A stretch of DNA of 64,000 bases from a virus (taxonomy: Duplodnaviria > Caudoviricetes). Within the stretch, counting starts at the first letter, position 1, and each line of letters starts with the position of its first letter. The stretch is from positions 32,001-96,000 of IMG/VR virus record IMGVR_UViG_3300025707_000003; one strand, 5' to 3'. The translations under genes and the position numbers were made by a program. Shown here in pieces: positions 56,074 to 63,594 of the stretch. The notes beneath the pieces were generated by a model that was given only the letters and a program-made list of their open reading frames with translations, ran no database searches and was not told the origin of the DNA.

Positions 56074-56952
56074 ATGAGTAATACAGTTGATAATGCCGTA
56101 AAACAGAAGATCATTTCTGACTACATTAAGACTCCTCAAGGTCGTGCGAAGCTCGCCGCTTCAATGACTCAACCTTTACGCCTTCGTAGAGATTACACCT
56201 CTGTTGGTCGCAAGACTTTCTTAGTCGAGCAACTTCCAGACGGTGCTTTACCTATCTACGACAAAGACCCAGATGTTACTGCATTTGTGGTTGGTGAAGA
56301 GGGTGAAAACATTCTTGCAATCACCAAACCTCGTAGGGTTATCTTCCCTCTTTTCGAGATTGCTTCAAATCCTGAGATTCCTTTGACTCAAATCAAAGAG
56401 CGTAGATTTGACCTTATCGAGAGGGCACAAGATTTAGCTCGTGCTCAAATCCAAGCGGCTGAAGACGAGCGTGTATTCGCTATTCTTGACGCAGTTGCGG
56501 CAAACGGATTTGATTCAGTTGCAGGTCAAACTAACGCTGACCTTCCTGTTATCGCTCCTCTTAATGGTGCTGTTCTTGCTGACGCATTTAGCCTCATTGA
56601 GCGTCACGACCTTCGTGTTGCCCGTATCTTCATGAATGCTCGTGATTATGCTGACATCCGTAAGTTCGGTAGAGATATCCTCGACATCGAGAGCCAAGCG
56701 GCACTTCTCAAGACTGGTCTTCAGGCTACTCTTTGGGGTGCTCAGATCATCACTAGCCGTCTTGTTCCTGTTGGAACTGTTTATGTCTGCTGTGAGCCAG
56801 AAATGTTCGGTCGTATCCCTGTTCGTACAGAATTGACCGTTCTCTCTGCTGACGATCCAAAAGCTCGTACAATTGGTTTTTCAGTGTTCGAGAATTTGGG
56901 TATTGGTGCCTACAACCCTCGTGGTCTTGCTCGTCTTACAGTACAGCGTTAA
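56074..56952 (+). CDS. Major capsid protein (HK97-like fold)
   Basis: 292 aa; follows protease-scaffold-decoration; HK97-type pattern (E-loop VVGEEG, AEDERVF, GLQATLWGAQII); followed by a strong terminator. Confidence 0.8.
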   Translation: MSNTVDNAVKQKIISDYIKTPQGRAKLAASMTQPLRLRRDYTSVGRKTFLVEQLPDGALPIYDKDPDVTAFVVGEEGENILAITKPRRVIFPLFEIASNPEIPLTQIKERRFDLIERAQDLARAQIQAAEDERVFAILDAVAANGFDSVAGQTNADLPVIAPLNGAVLADAFSLIERHDLRVARIFMNARDYADIRKFGRDILDIESQAALLKTGLQATLWGAQIITSRLVPVGTVYVCCEPEMFGRIPVRTELTVLSADDPKARTIGFSVFENLGIGAYNPRGLARLTVQR

Positions 56953-57011
56953 TATCTAGTATATTCGCTTTACTTTCGCCTACTTAGGTAGGTGTAAGAG
57001 GTCATAGAAAG

Positions 57012-57043
57012 AACCTCATCTTCTTCGGAAGGTGGGGTTTTTT
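57012..57043 (+). terminator. Rho-independent terminator
   Basis: aacctcatcttc-TTCG-gaaggtggggtt followed by a T-run. Confidence 0.8.
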
Positions 57044-57135
57044 CGTATCTAGGGTTCTTTTCTTTGGCTTAACTCACTCTCCTATGGTACAAGTCTTACA
57101 CTCTTAAACACTAAGAACCACATAAGGAGTGTAAG

Positions 57136-57621
57136 ATGAACAACAATTTTGTTCCAGTTCCCACAGTAATGGAAGCCATGACAGGTTTCCTCTGTAGTAA
57201 GGCTTTTCTTATCTATCTAATTATATTTGGTGTTCTATTTTTTATATGGCTTTTTATCAAAAAAGAGAGGAGAGAAGAAGCTGATCTCTATCGAGCATTA
57301 GTGAGAGAAGTGAGAGAAAACCAAAATCTTAAGCGAAGACTAGGACAGACACCAAATGAAGAGCAAGATGATATGTACTCCAACGAGGTACTCACCTCGT
57401 CATATGATTTATGCGAATCATATACCAAAGATATCAAATGGAGAAACGCAGGTCTCAGACATGATATAAAAATACTAAACATCGAGGATAAAGAGACACT
57501 ATTGAAAGCGAAGGCTCTACTTTTGTACTTAACTACCTCGGAGAAACAAACCCCACAATTTATTGAGGGTGTTCAGAAAACGCTCAAGGTTATTACGATC
57601 CTAGAAAAGAGTGTAAGATGA
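57136..57621 (+). CDS. Hypothetical membrane protein
   Basis: 161 aa with one TM helix (FLIYLIIFGVLFFIWLFI); AAGGAG RBS. Confidence 0.65.
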   Translation: MNNNFVPVPTVMEAMTGFLCSKAFLIYLIIFGVLFFIWLFIKKERREEADLYRALVREVRENQNLKRRLGQTPNEEQDDMYSNEVLTSSYDLCESYTKDIKWRNAGLRHDIKILNIEDKETLLKAKALLLYLTTSEKQTPQFIEGVQKTLKVITILEKSVR

Positions 57622-58529
57622 GAGCGATACCATGCCCTATATCTAAAGAGCGTTTTGAAGACCTCTATACTAAACAATACTTAACAGAGAAGCAGATTAA
57701 CGAGTTGTTGATTTCTGAGGGTATTGACTCAAGCATGAAGCGTATTGGTAGTTGGAGACTACGCTATGGGATTGAAACGGTATCTAAGTTTGATCGTCTT
57801 GAGCTACCAAAGATTGAGGGGGAGTTAAGATCAATCCTTATTGGTTCTATGCTAGGTGACGGTCGTATTGTTTTTCGTACTAACGCTTCACACTATGAGG
57901 AACGACACGCACCCAATCAGAAAGAGTATCTTGAGTGGAAGCAAGAGAAGTGGGGCGTGTGGTCATCTGGAGATTTAGCAGTAGCGATGAGTAGGGAGTT
58001 CCCTAGTTATATCTTTCGCACCCACGCTCACCCTATGCTAAATGAGTATCGAGACTTGTTCTATGAGGAGAGGGATAAGGGGTGGAAAGTTGTTAAGTCT
58101 GATGTTATAGACCAAGTAGATGAGTTAGCTTTGGCTATGTGGTATCTCGATGATGGTCATGCAGGACATTGGCCTATGATTTGTTTTGGGGCAAAACAGG
58201 GGAGTCGAGCTAACGCTTACTTAATCTTTGAGAAGTTTGGTTTAGCCCCTAACTGGACACATAAAAAAGGGGAGACAGGAGAGTTCCACTTTAAGGGTGA
58301 GAACGCTTATCGTTTCATTGAGATCATTAAGCCTCATGTACCCGATTGTATGTCTTACAAGTTGGACTTTGGTTTTCAAGGTCGTAACAATGCTATCAAG
58401 AAAAAGATGGACAAAGGCATCTTAGAGGACTTAAGGAGTAAGGGGTGGGGTAAGCGTAGGATAGCTAGGTATCTTGATGTAGGGGCGAGTACAGTGGGTC
58501 GTTGGATGGTTAAGTTTGGAGTGGAGTGA
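57618..58529 (+). CDS. Free-standing LAGLIDADG homing endonuclease with HTH extensions
   Basis: LIGSMLGDGRI and LAMWYLDDG motifs; terminal HTH-like segments. Confidence 0.8.
   Translation: MRAIPCPISKERFEDLYTKQYLTEKQINELLISEGIDSSMKRIGSWRLRYGIETVSKFDRLELPKIEGELRSILIGSMLGDGRIVFRTNASHYEERHAPNQKEYLEWKQEKWGVWSSGDLAVAMSREFPSYIFRTHAHPMLNEYRDLFYEERDKGWKVVKSDVIDQVDELALAMWYLDDGHAGHWPMICFGAKQGSRANAYLIFEKFGLAPNWTHKKGETGEFHFKGENAYRFIEIIKPHVPDCMSYKLDFGFQGRNNAIKKKMDKGILEDLRSKGWGKRRIARYLDVGASTVGRWMVKFGVE
58474..58529. repeat. 56 bp direct repeat copy 1 (3' end of LAGLIDADG gene)
   Basis: Copies at 58942-58997 (3 mismatches), 59583-59616 (34 bp, perfect) and 61341-61358 (16/18). Confidence 0.95.
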
Positions 58530-58600
58530 GGACTTTGATAGTTTATTTATAATAGATCTTAAGTGATCTCTTTAACCAAGAATCCAAATGGAGAAACATT

Positions 58601-58915
58601 ATGCGTAGATCAGCATCAGAAATCATCAATAACCTTGAGAATAGGGTTGCACGACTTGAATCAAGTTCTAACCCTCGTCAAGCTAAAGATGCTTATGATA
58701 TTTGGAGAAGGAAAGTAGATCAGTACATCATTAAGGAAATGCGGGTCACTTTTGAATACGAAACAAAAGACGGTGAACACTCCGAAGACTATATAAACAG
58801 TCTTTGGCAAGATGGAGTTAAGCCATCACGAGCCTCCAAAAATATCATGCAGAAATTTCAATGGTTAAAGTCAGCGGGTATGCTAAAGCATCATAAATAT
58901 TATGATGCTATTTGA
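58601..58915 (+). CDS. Leader-family protein (MRRSASEIINNLENRVARLE), 104 aa
   Basis: Class A motif at 58539-58551 and conserved UTR. Confidence 0.8.
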   Translation: MRRSASEIINNLENRVARLESSSNPRQAKDAYDIWRRKVDQYIIKEMRVTFEYETKDGEHSEDYINSLWQDGVKPSRASKNIMQKFQWLKSAGMLKHHKYYDAI

Positions 58916-58941
58916 ATGGTTATTGAAAGGGATCTAGGGAT

Positions 58942-58997
58942 TTGATGTAGGGGCGAGTACAGTGAGTCGTTGGATGGTTAAGTTTGGGGTGGATTGA
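58942..58997. repeat. Direct repeat copy 2 of the LAGLIDADG gene end
   Basis: ttgatgtaggggcgagtacagtgagtcgttggatggttaagtttggggtggattga. Confidence 0.95.
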
Positions 58998-59044
58998 TTT
59001 GTAGTTTATTTATTAGTGTCTATTATCCATAAAGGAGAGACACC

Positions 59045-59575
59045 ATGAGACTTACTATCGCTTTACTCTTATCTGTCTTGCTCACCTCTACGATTTCTCA
59101 CGCTGAAGAGAATAACTGGGAAGTGAGTCTAGGCACAACGCAAATGTTCATCGGTGGGTACGAAGAGGGTTCAATACCTGTACCTACGAACTCTGCCACA
59201 TTCATCTTATCTCGTAAGATGTATGAGAGCTTTGCATTATGGGTTGTGTTCAATCTACCTACCTCCTCTAACAAAAGGTTTACAGAGGAAGGTTTACTTG
59301 TAGAGTCTCAGACACCACCTAGTCTTATGCTAGGTGCGAGTTATGAGTTATTGGGCTATGAGATCTCCGACAAGAAATCTTTAGGTCTTGATGTTGGTGC
59401 TTCAGTCGGACACACGATTACGCTTAATGGTCAGTTCTTCCCTGTGGGTGCGTTTCGTTTGAAGTTCGTTAAAGACGAGGACAGCACTATGTATGCAGGG
59501 GTGACAACCTCACCATATAATCCAGATGGTGATTTGGTTTGGGGTTTGATCTATGGCATGGGGTATAGATTTTAA
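59045..59575 (+). CDS. Secreted protein, possibly an outer-membrane beta-barrel
   Basis: Sec signal peptide (…TISHA), alternating beta-strand pattern, C-terminal YGMGYRF with terminal Phe; class A motif at 59002-59014. Confidence 0.6.
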   Translation: MRLTIALLLSVLLTSTISHAEENNWEVSLGTTQMFIGGYEEGSIPVPTNSATFILSRKMYESFALWVVFNLPTSSNKRFTEEGLLVESQTPPSLMLGASYELLGYEISDKKSLGLDVGASVGHTITLNGQFFPVGAFRLKFVKDEDSTMYAGVTTSPYNPDGDLVWGLIYGMGYRF

Positions 59576-59582
59576 TGTGAGT

Positions 59583-59616
59583 GCGAGTACAGTGGGTCGT
59601 TGGATGGTTAAGTTTG
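59583..59616. repeat. Direct repeat copy 3 of the LAGLIDADG gene end
   Basis: gcgagtacagtgggtcgttggatggttaagtttg. Confidence 0.95.
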
Positions 59617-59684
59617 AGGTTTTGTAGTTTCTTTATAATAGATCTTAAGTGATCTCTTTAACCTTAATCAAATGGAGAACCATT

Positions 59685-60164
59685 ATGAGAAGATCTGCAT
59701 CAGAAATCATTAATAACCTTGAGACTCGTATCGCAAGACTTGAAAGACAAGCATATCACCCTGATGACCCACGATCACAAGAGATGGGTGGTTATAGAGA
59801 GCCTGCGGGGGGAGAGTGGCATGAGCCTGAGATTCTTACTGGAAAAAAGTTTCTCAGGTGGTTACAAAATGATCGGGAGATCAAATCCCATTTAAATAAG
59901 AGCGTGTTTATAGATGTTTCTTCATCTACTATCACCTTTGACACATCTTGGTGGTCAAAATATACAAGAAATGGTAATACCTTGGATGGGATTCTATACA
60001 GCATTTGGGACAATCCTATGTTGGGGCGGGATTGGAAGATAAGAGGGAGAAATGTGACTATCAAGGGTTTGTGGGGAGACCTTGTGTACGGGGAGGGTGA
60101 TATTTATGCACAAGAAACCTTTACCATCAAGAAGAGTCGTGGTTCTATCGTTTTAAAGGCATAG
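59685..60164 (+). CDS. Leader-family protein (MRRSASEIINNLETRIARLERQA), 159 aa
   Basis: Start reassigned to ATG 59685; class A motif at 59625-59637 and UTR. Confidence 0.8.
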   Translation: MRRSASEIINNLETRIARLERQAYHPDDPRSQEMGGYREPAGGEWHEPEILTGKKFLRWLQNDREIKSHLNKSVFIDVSSSTITFDTSWWSKYTRNGNTLDGILYSIWDNPMLGRDWKIRGRNVTIKGLWGDLVYGEGDIYAQETFTIKKSRGSIVLKA

Positions 60165-60349
60165 TCTATCTGTGGCCTTAATTAAGTTATCATCTCTGAT
60201 GATGTTTTAAACAAAGATGAGAGACAAAAGGTTTACACTTAGCCACAAGTGGGGAGTTTTTGTTCCTAGTGGAAGATAGATTTGAATAAGTTTAATAGTT
60301 TGTTTATATACCTTTTCTTGAACACACTTAACAAAGAAGGATATTCATT

Positions 60350-60715
60350 ATGAGAAACTTACTCACAATCGCACTTATTGCTCTTACCTTTATTGCTTGC
60401 GACAAGGATAAAGAAGAAACCACACCTAACGATGGTGGTATGGAAGCTGGGGCTACCGCAGGATCAGAGGCAGGATCTGAAGCAGGAACTGAAGCAGGGT
60501 CTGATGCAGGAACTGAAGCAGGGACAGAAATGGACATGATGGTTATGGGTGGTTCTGAAGAGACTACAGACATGGAAATTACTGAAGGTGGTACTGAGTC
60601 TGATATGGGTATGGACGAAGCGGGTATGGAATCTACGGACATGGAAGTAGTTGAGGGTGGTTCAGATGAATCTACGGATATGGGATCTGATACCGAAGCT
60701 GGAACTGAGGGCTAG
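60350..60715 (+). CDS. Low-complexity acidic lipoprotein
   Basis: Signal peptide with lipobox FIAC; GSEAGTEAG and DM repeats; class A motif at 60296-60308. Confidence 0.7.
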   Translation: MRNLLTIALIALTFIACDKDKEETTPNDGGMEAGATAGSEAGSEAGTEAGSDAGTEAGTEMDMMVMGGSEETTDMEITEGGTESDMGMDEAGMESTDMEVVEGGSDESTDMGSDTEAGTEG

Positions 60716-60856
60716 TAGTCTTGCTCGTCTAAATGGTCTTTAAGATCTTAGAATGAACCTCATTTCCCTTTGGGATTTGGGGTTTTTCCGTTTATAGTTT
60801 GTTTATAAGTGATCTTAAGTGATCTCATTAACCTTAAACAAAATGGAGAAACCATT

Positions 60857-61291
60857 ATGAGAAGATCAGCATCAGAAATTATTAGAGGACTTGAGAATAG
60901 GGTTGCACGACTTGAAAGACAATCCTCAACCAACCGTAGGGCTAGAAAGTACGGGAAAGCGATCACAGACGCTGTTCGGATGCTTAAGAAAGAGGTGGGC
61001 GATGCAGATGCGTCTGAGATTGAAGTGGTGGTGGTAGAGCTAGTCCATTATAAATTTGAGGATCTGCTTAGAGAGATCGAGGACAGAGGTCCTAATGCTG
61101 AAGAGTACTATGAAAATGAAGTTGTAAATAAGTACCCAGCACTGGTCAAAGCAGGTATTCTATCCGCTGAAATATGGATACAACATCCCAAAATAATCCG
61201 AGACCGATACAGGTTGAAAAACTTAAAGGAAGTTAATCTCTTCGCTGAGTGCATTGGGTCAAGAAAATTGGCTGAGGGGCTCAGTTTCTGA
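60857..61291 (+). CDS. Leader-family protein (MRRSASEIIRGLENRVARLERQS), 144 aa
   Basis: Start reassigned to ATG 60857; class A motif at 60795-60807 and UTR. Confidence 0.8.
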   Translation: MRRSASEIIRGLENRVARLERQSSTNRRARKYGKAITDAVRMLKKEVGDADASEIEVVVVELVHYKFEDLLREIEDRGPNAEEYYENEVVNKYPALVKAGILSAEIWIQHPKIIRDRYRLKNLKEVNLFAECIGSRKLAEGLSF

Positions 61292-61358
61292 TCCCTATTT
61301 AATCTTACAAGATGGGGTCTAAGTTAAGGGATAAGATGCTGTTTGGGGTAGAGTGAGG

Positions 61359-62480
61359 TTAATGGTCGATCCCTTGTTCACATAAAGGACAAGTATCTCC
61401 AATCTCGCACCTAATAGTATCAAGCTCCTCTGTGAGCCTTTCTACCTCTTGTTCGGTGCAAGATATACGACTGAATAGATCAAAGCGTTCAGAAGCGATT
61501 CTGAGGTCTTTTTCGACTTGCGAATCTACATTAGGTAAGTCTACATTAAGTTGTGTGATTTGTAAGATGGTTTGATCTAATTGATTTCTTTTGTGCAAGA
61601 CCCGCTCAAGTGGTGCAGGGTCTTTCACCTCTACATCTGGGATAGGTGGGAATGAGGTTAAGCCAACCTCTACGATACCTTCCATGATCCTTAGTCTGTT
61701 CTTTTCTATACGAACACGCTCAAGGTCTTTAATCCCCATAAAGTCATGTGGGTTCACTTGTGGGAATTTTACATTTTGCAAGGTGGATACGAACTGTGTT
61801 TGAAACATAAAGATTTCTCTCTTTTCTTTGATTGCCCCTAGCTTTTTAACTCTTTCTTCAAGAGTCTTAATCGACCCCTCAAGTGTACTTATATGATTGA
61901 TCGTTTCCCCTACTTCGTCCAACTCGTTAAACTTAGGTAAACGATCCCGCTCAGATACTAAATCTTCATGCTTTACTTTAATGCGTTGATTAAGGTTCTT
62001 AGTTTCGTTCCTAGAGAGACTTGACGCTTTCTCTAGGGCTTCTATTGTCTTTACATCAGATAAAGCACTAGAGAGGACACTAGGTGGCATATCAAGCAAG
62101 AAGATTTGTTCAAACTGTCGAGCGATCTGAGGCCATACAGTTTTTCCATCGACATCTACCGAAACAATGTTCAAGTCATCAAGTTCATCGGGAGTTTTTG
62201 ACCCTACTTTATCTAACTTTTGTCCGTTGATCTCATATTTATTAACCCCTTTACCCTTTTCCCAAATTACCGAGTTGCCATCATCAAAGTTGATGGAGAC
62301 TTTTGATGACTTTTCACCTTGCCTTACATGAGAATATCCCCTTGCATTAGAGAAAGCACCTGCTATGGCTCTTGCACAAGCAGACTTACCTGTATTATTA
62401 GCCCCTGTAATAACAGTAAGACCTTTAACTTCAAAGTCAGCGTGTTTGATAGATTGGTAGTTTTCTATTTTGACTTGCAT
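61359..62480 (-). CDS. SbcC/Rad50-like ATPase, N-terminal half (Walker A to zinc hook)
   Basis: KIENYQSI, GANNTGKS, QIARQ Q-loop, coiled coil, terminal CPLC; no signature or Walker B motif. Confidence 0.75.
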   Translation of the reverse strand: MQVKIENYQSIKHADFEVKGLTVITGANNTGKSACARAIAGAFSNARGYSHVRQGEKSSKVSINFDDGNSVIWEKGKGVNKYEINGQKLDKVGSKTPDELDDLNIVSVDVDGKTVWPQIARQFEQIFLLDMPPSVLSSALSDVKTIEALEKASSLSRNETKNLNQRIKVKHEDLVSERDRLPKFNELDEVGETINHISTLEGSIKTLEERVKKLGAIKEKREIFMFQTQFVSTLQNVKFPQVNPHDFMGIKDLERVRIEKNRLRIMEGIVEVGLTSFPPIPDVEVKDPAPLERVLHKRNQLDQTILQITQLNVDLPNVDSQVEKDLRIASERFDLFSRISCTEQEVERLTEELDTIRCEIGDTCPLCEQGIDH

Positions 62481-62532
62481 GGTGTCTTGTCTCCCATTCC
62501 CTTTATATGAATGATACCGAGTTTAGGTTTTT

Positions 62533-62549
62533 GTAACCCCTTAAATATA
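62533..62549 (+). promoter_or_regulatory. Class B motif, putative early promoter
   Basis: gtaaccccttaaatata upstream of 62582. Confidence 0.5.
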
Positions 62550-62581
62550 CCCTTATGTAACTCTTGAAAGGAGACTAAGAC

Positions 62582-62806
62582 ATGACAGATCAAAAGGCAC
62601 AACAACTAAGGGATGCATACAATAAGTTCGTTGACCACCCCGATGGTCATTGGAAAGGTTCTGCCATTGCAGTGGTCAACCAAGCTCAGAGATCAATCGT
62701 TCGGGAAGCGATGGACTTTATGGGTTCAATCGTTGACCAAGAGTTAGAACTGAGTGATGGTAATATTGCTCTTTACAGTAAAGGATATTGGGCACATGGA
62801 TTTTGA
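62582..62806 (+). CDS. Hypothetical protein
   Basis: 74 aa; AAGGAG RBS. Confidence 0.65.
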   Translation: MTDQKAQQLRDAYNKFVDHPDGHWKGSAIAVVNQAQRSIVREAMDFMGSIVDQELELSDGNIALYSKGYWAHGF

Positions 62807-63026
62807 GGTATATAAACTAACCGATGCTGAACTTGGGGCAGTAGACTTTTGTAGAGGTCGCTACCTATGGGCTGACATCGTAGCTCAAAACTTAGAGGGT
62901 GATACGCTTACCCTAGATAACATGACTCAACATGAGATGAATGAGGCTATTGAGGTAGAGGGCATTCCTCTCTTAGATGATCGCACTGATCTTTTTCGAG
63001 GACTTATCTCTCTTGAGCCTGTGTGA
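62796..63026 (+). CDS. Hypothetical protein
   Basis: Start reassigned to ATG 62796, overlapping the upstream stop. Confidence 0.6.
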   Translation: MDFEVYKLTDAELGAVDFCRGRYLWADIVAQNLEGDTLTLDNMTQHEMNEAIEVEGIPLLDDRTDLFRGLISLEPV

Positions 63027-63094
63027 ACTTTAATAGTTTATTTATAGATTCTCATAGGAGTCTCTTTAACCTTAACTTGAATGGAGAAACCATC

Positions 63095-63469
63095 ATGAGA
63101 AGATCAGCTAGTGAAATCATCCGTAACCTTGAGGGTCGTATTGCTCGTCTTGAAAAATCGGCTCGTCCGAATGACATAGGTATACATAAAGTAGTCAACA
63201 AATTGGCATATATACATCAATTTTCTTCGGGGTCCATGGTTCTATCTGTGCCTAGTAGAAATGCTGACGAAGTGGTAAGGGCAATCAAGGAGATTGGTGT
63301 GGGAGCAGAGAATCCATTTGAGGAAAACGATATCACTTATAAGAAAGATAATAAAGGACACATGGTTACATTCACTGTTTCATCACCCGAATGGTTAAGA
63401 ACACATGATGTGGTTCTAAGCCTAAAACTAGATGGTTTTTTCCTAGTGTCTCACGATGACTTTAGATGA
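63095..63469 (+). CDS. Leader-family protein (MRRSASEIIRNLEGRIARLEKSA), 124 aa
   Basis: Start reassigned to ATG 63095; class A motif at 63034-63046. Confidence 0.8.
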   Translation: MRRSASEIIRNLEGRIARLEKSARPNDIGIHKVVNKLAYIHQFSSGSMVLSVPSRNADEVVRAIKEIGVGAENPFEENDITYKKDNKGHMVTFTVSSPEWLRTHDVVLSLKLDGFFLVSHDDFR

Positions 63470-63594
63470 GGGGATGTCTGAAACTCCAATTCAGAACCAG
63501 GAATCTCTTGTTGGTAGAGGTTATCTGATCTAAGAGTCTTAAACCTCCTCTAAATAGTATAAGGGTACATATACCCTATATGAGAGGAGAGAAG

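Noticed and set aside
13088-61358. CRISPR array suggested by 34-37 bp direct repeats
   Set aside because: The repeats differ between loci, are copies of coding gene ends and are separated by 0.4-1 kb containing genes; there are no cas genes.
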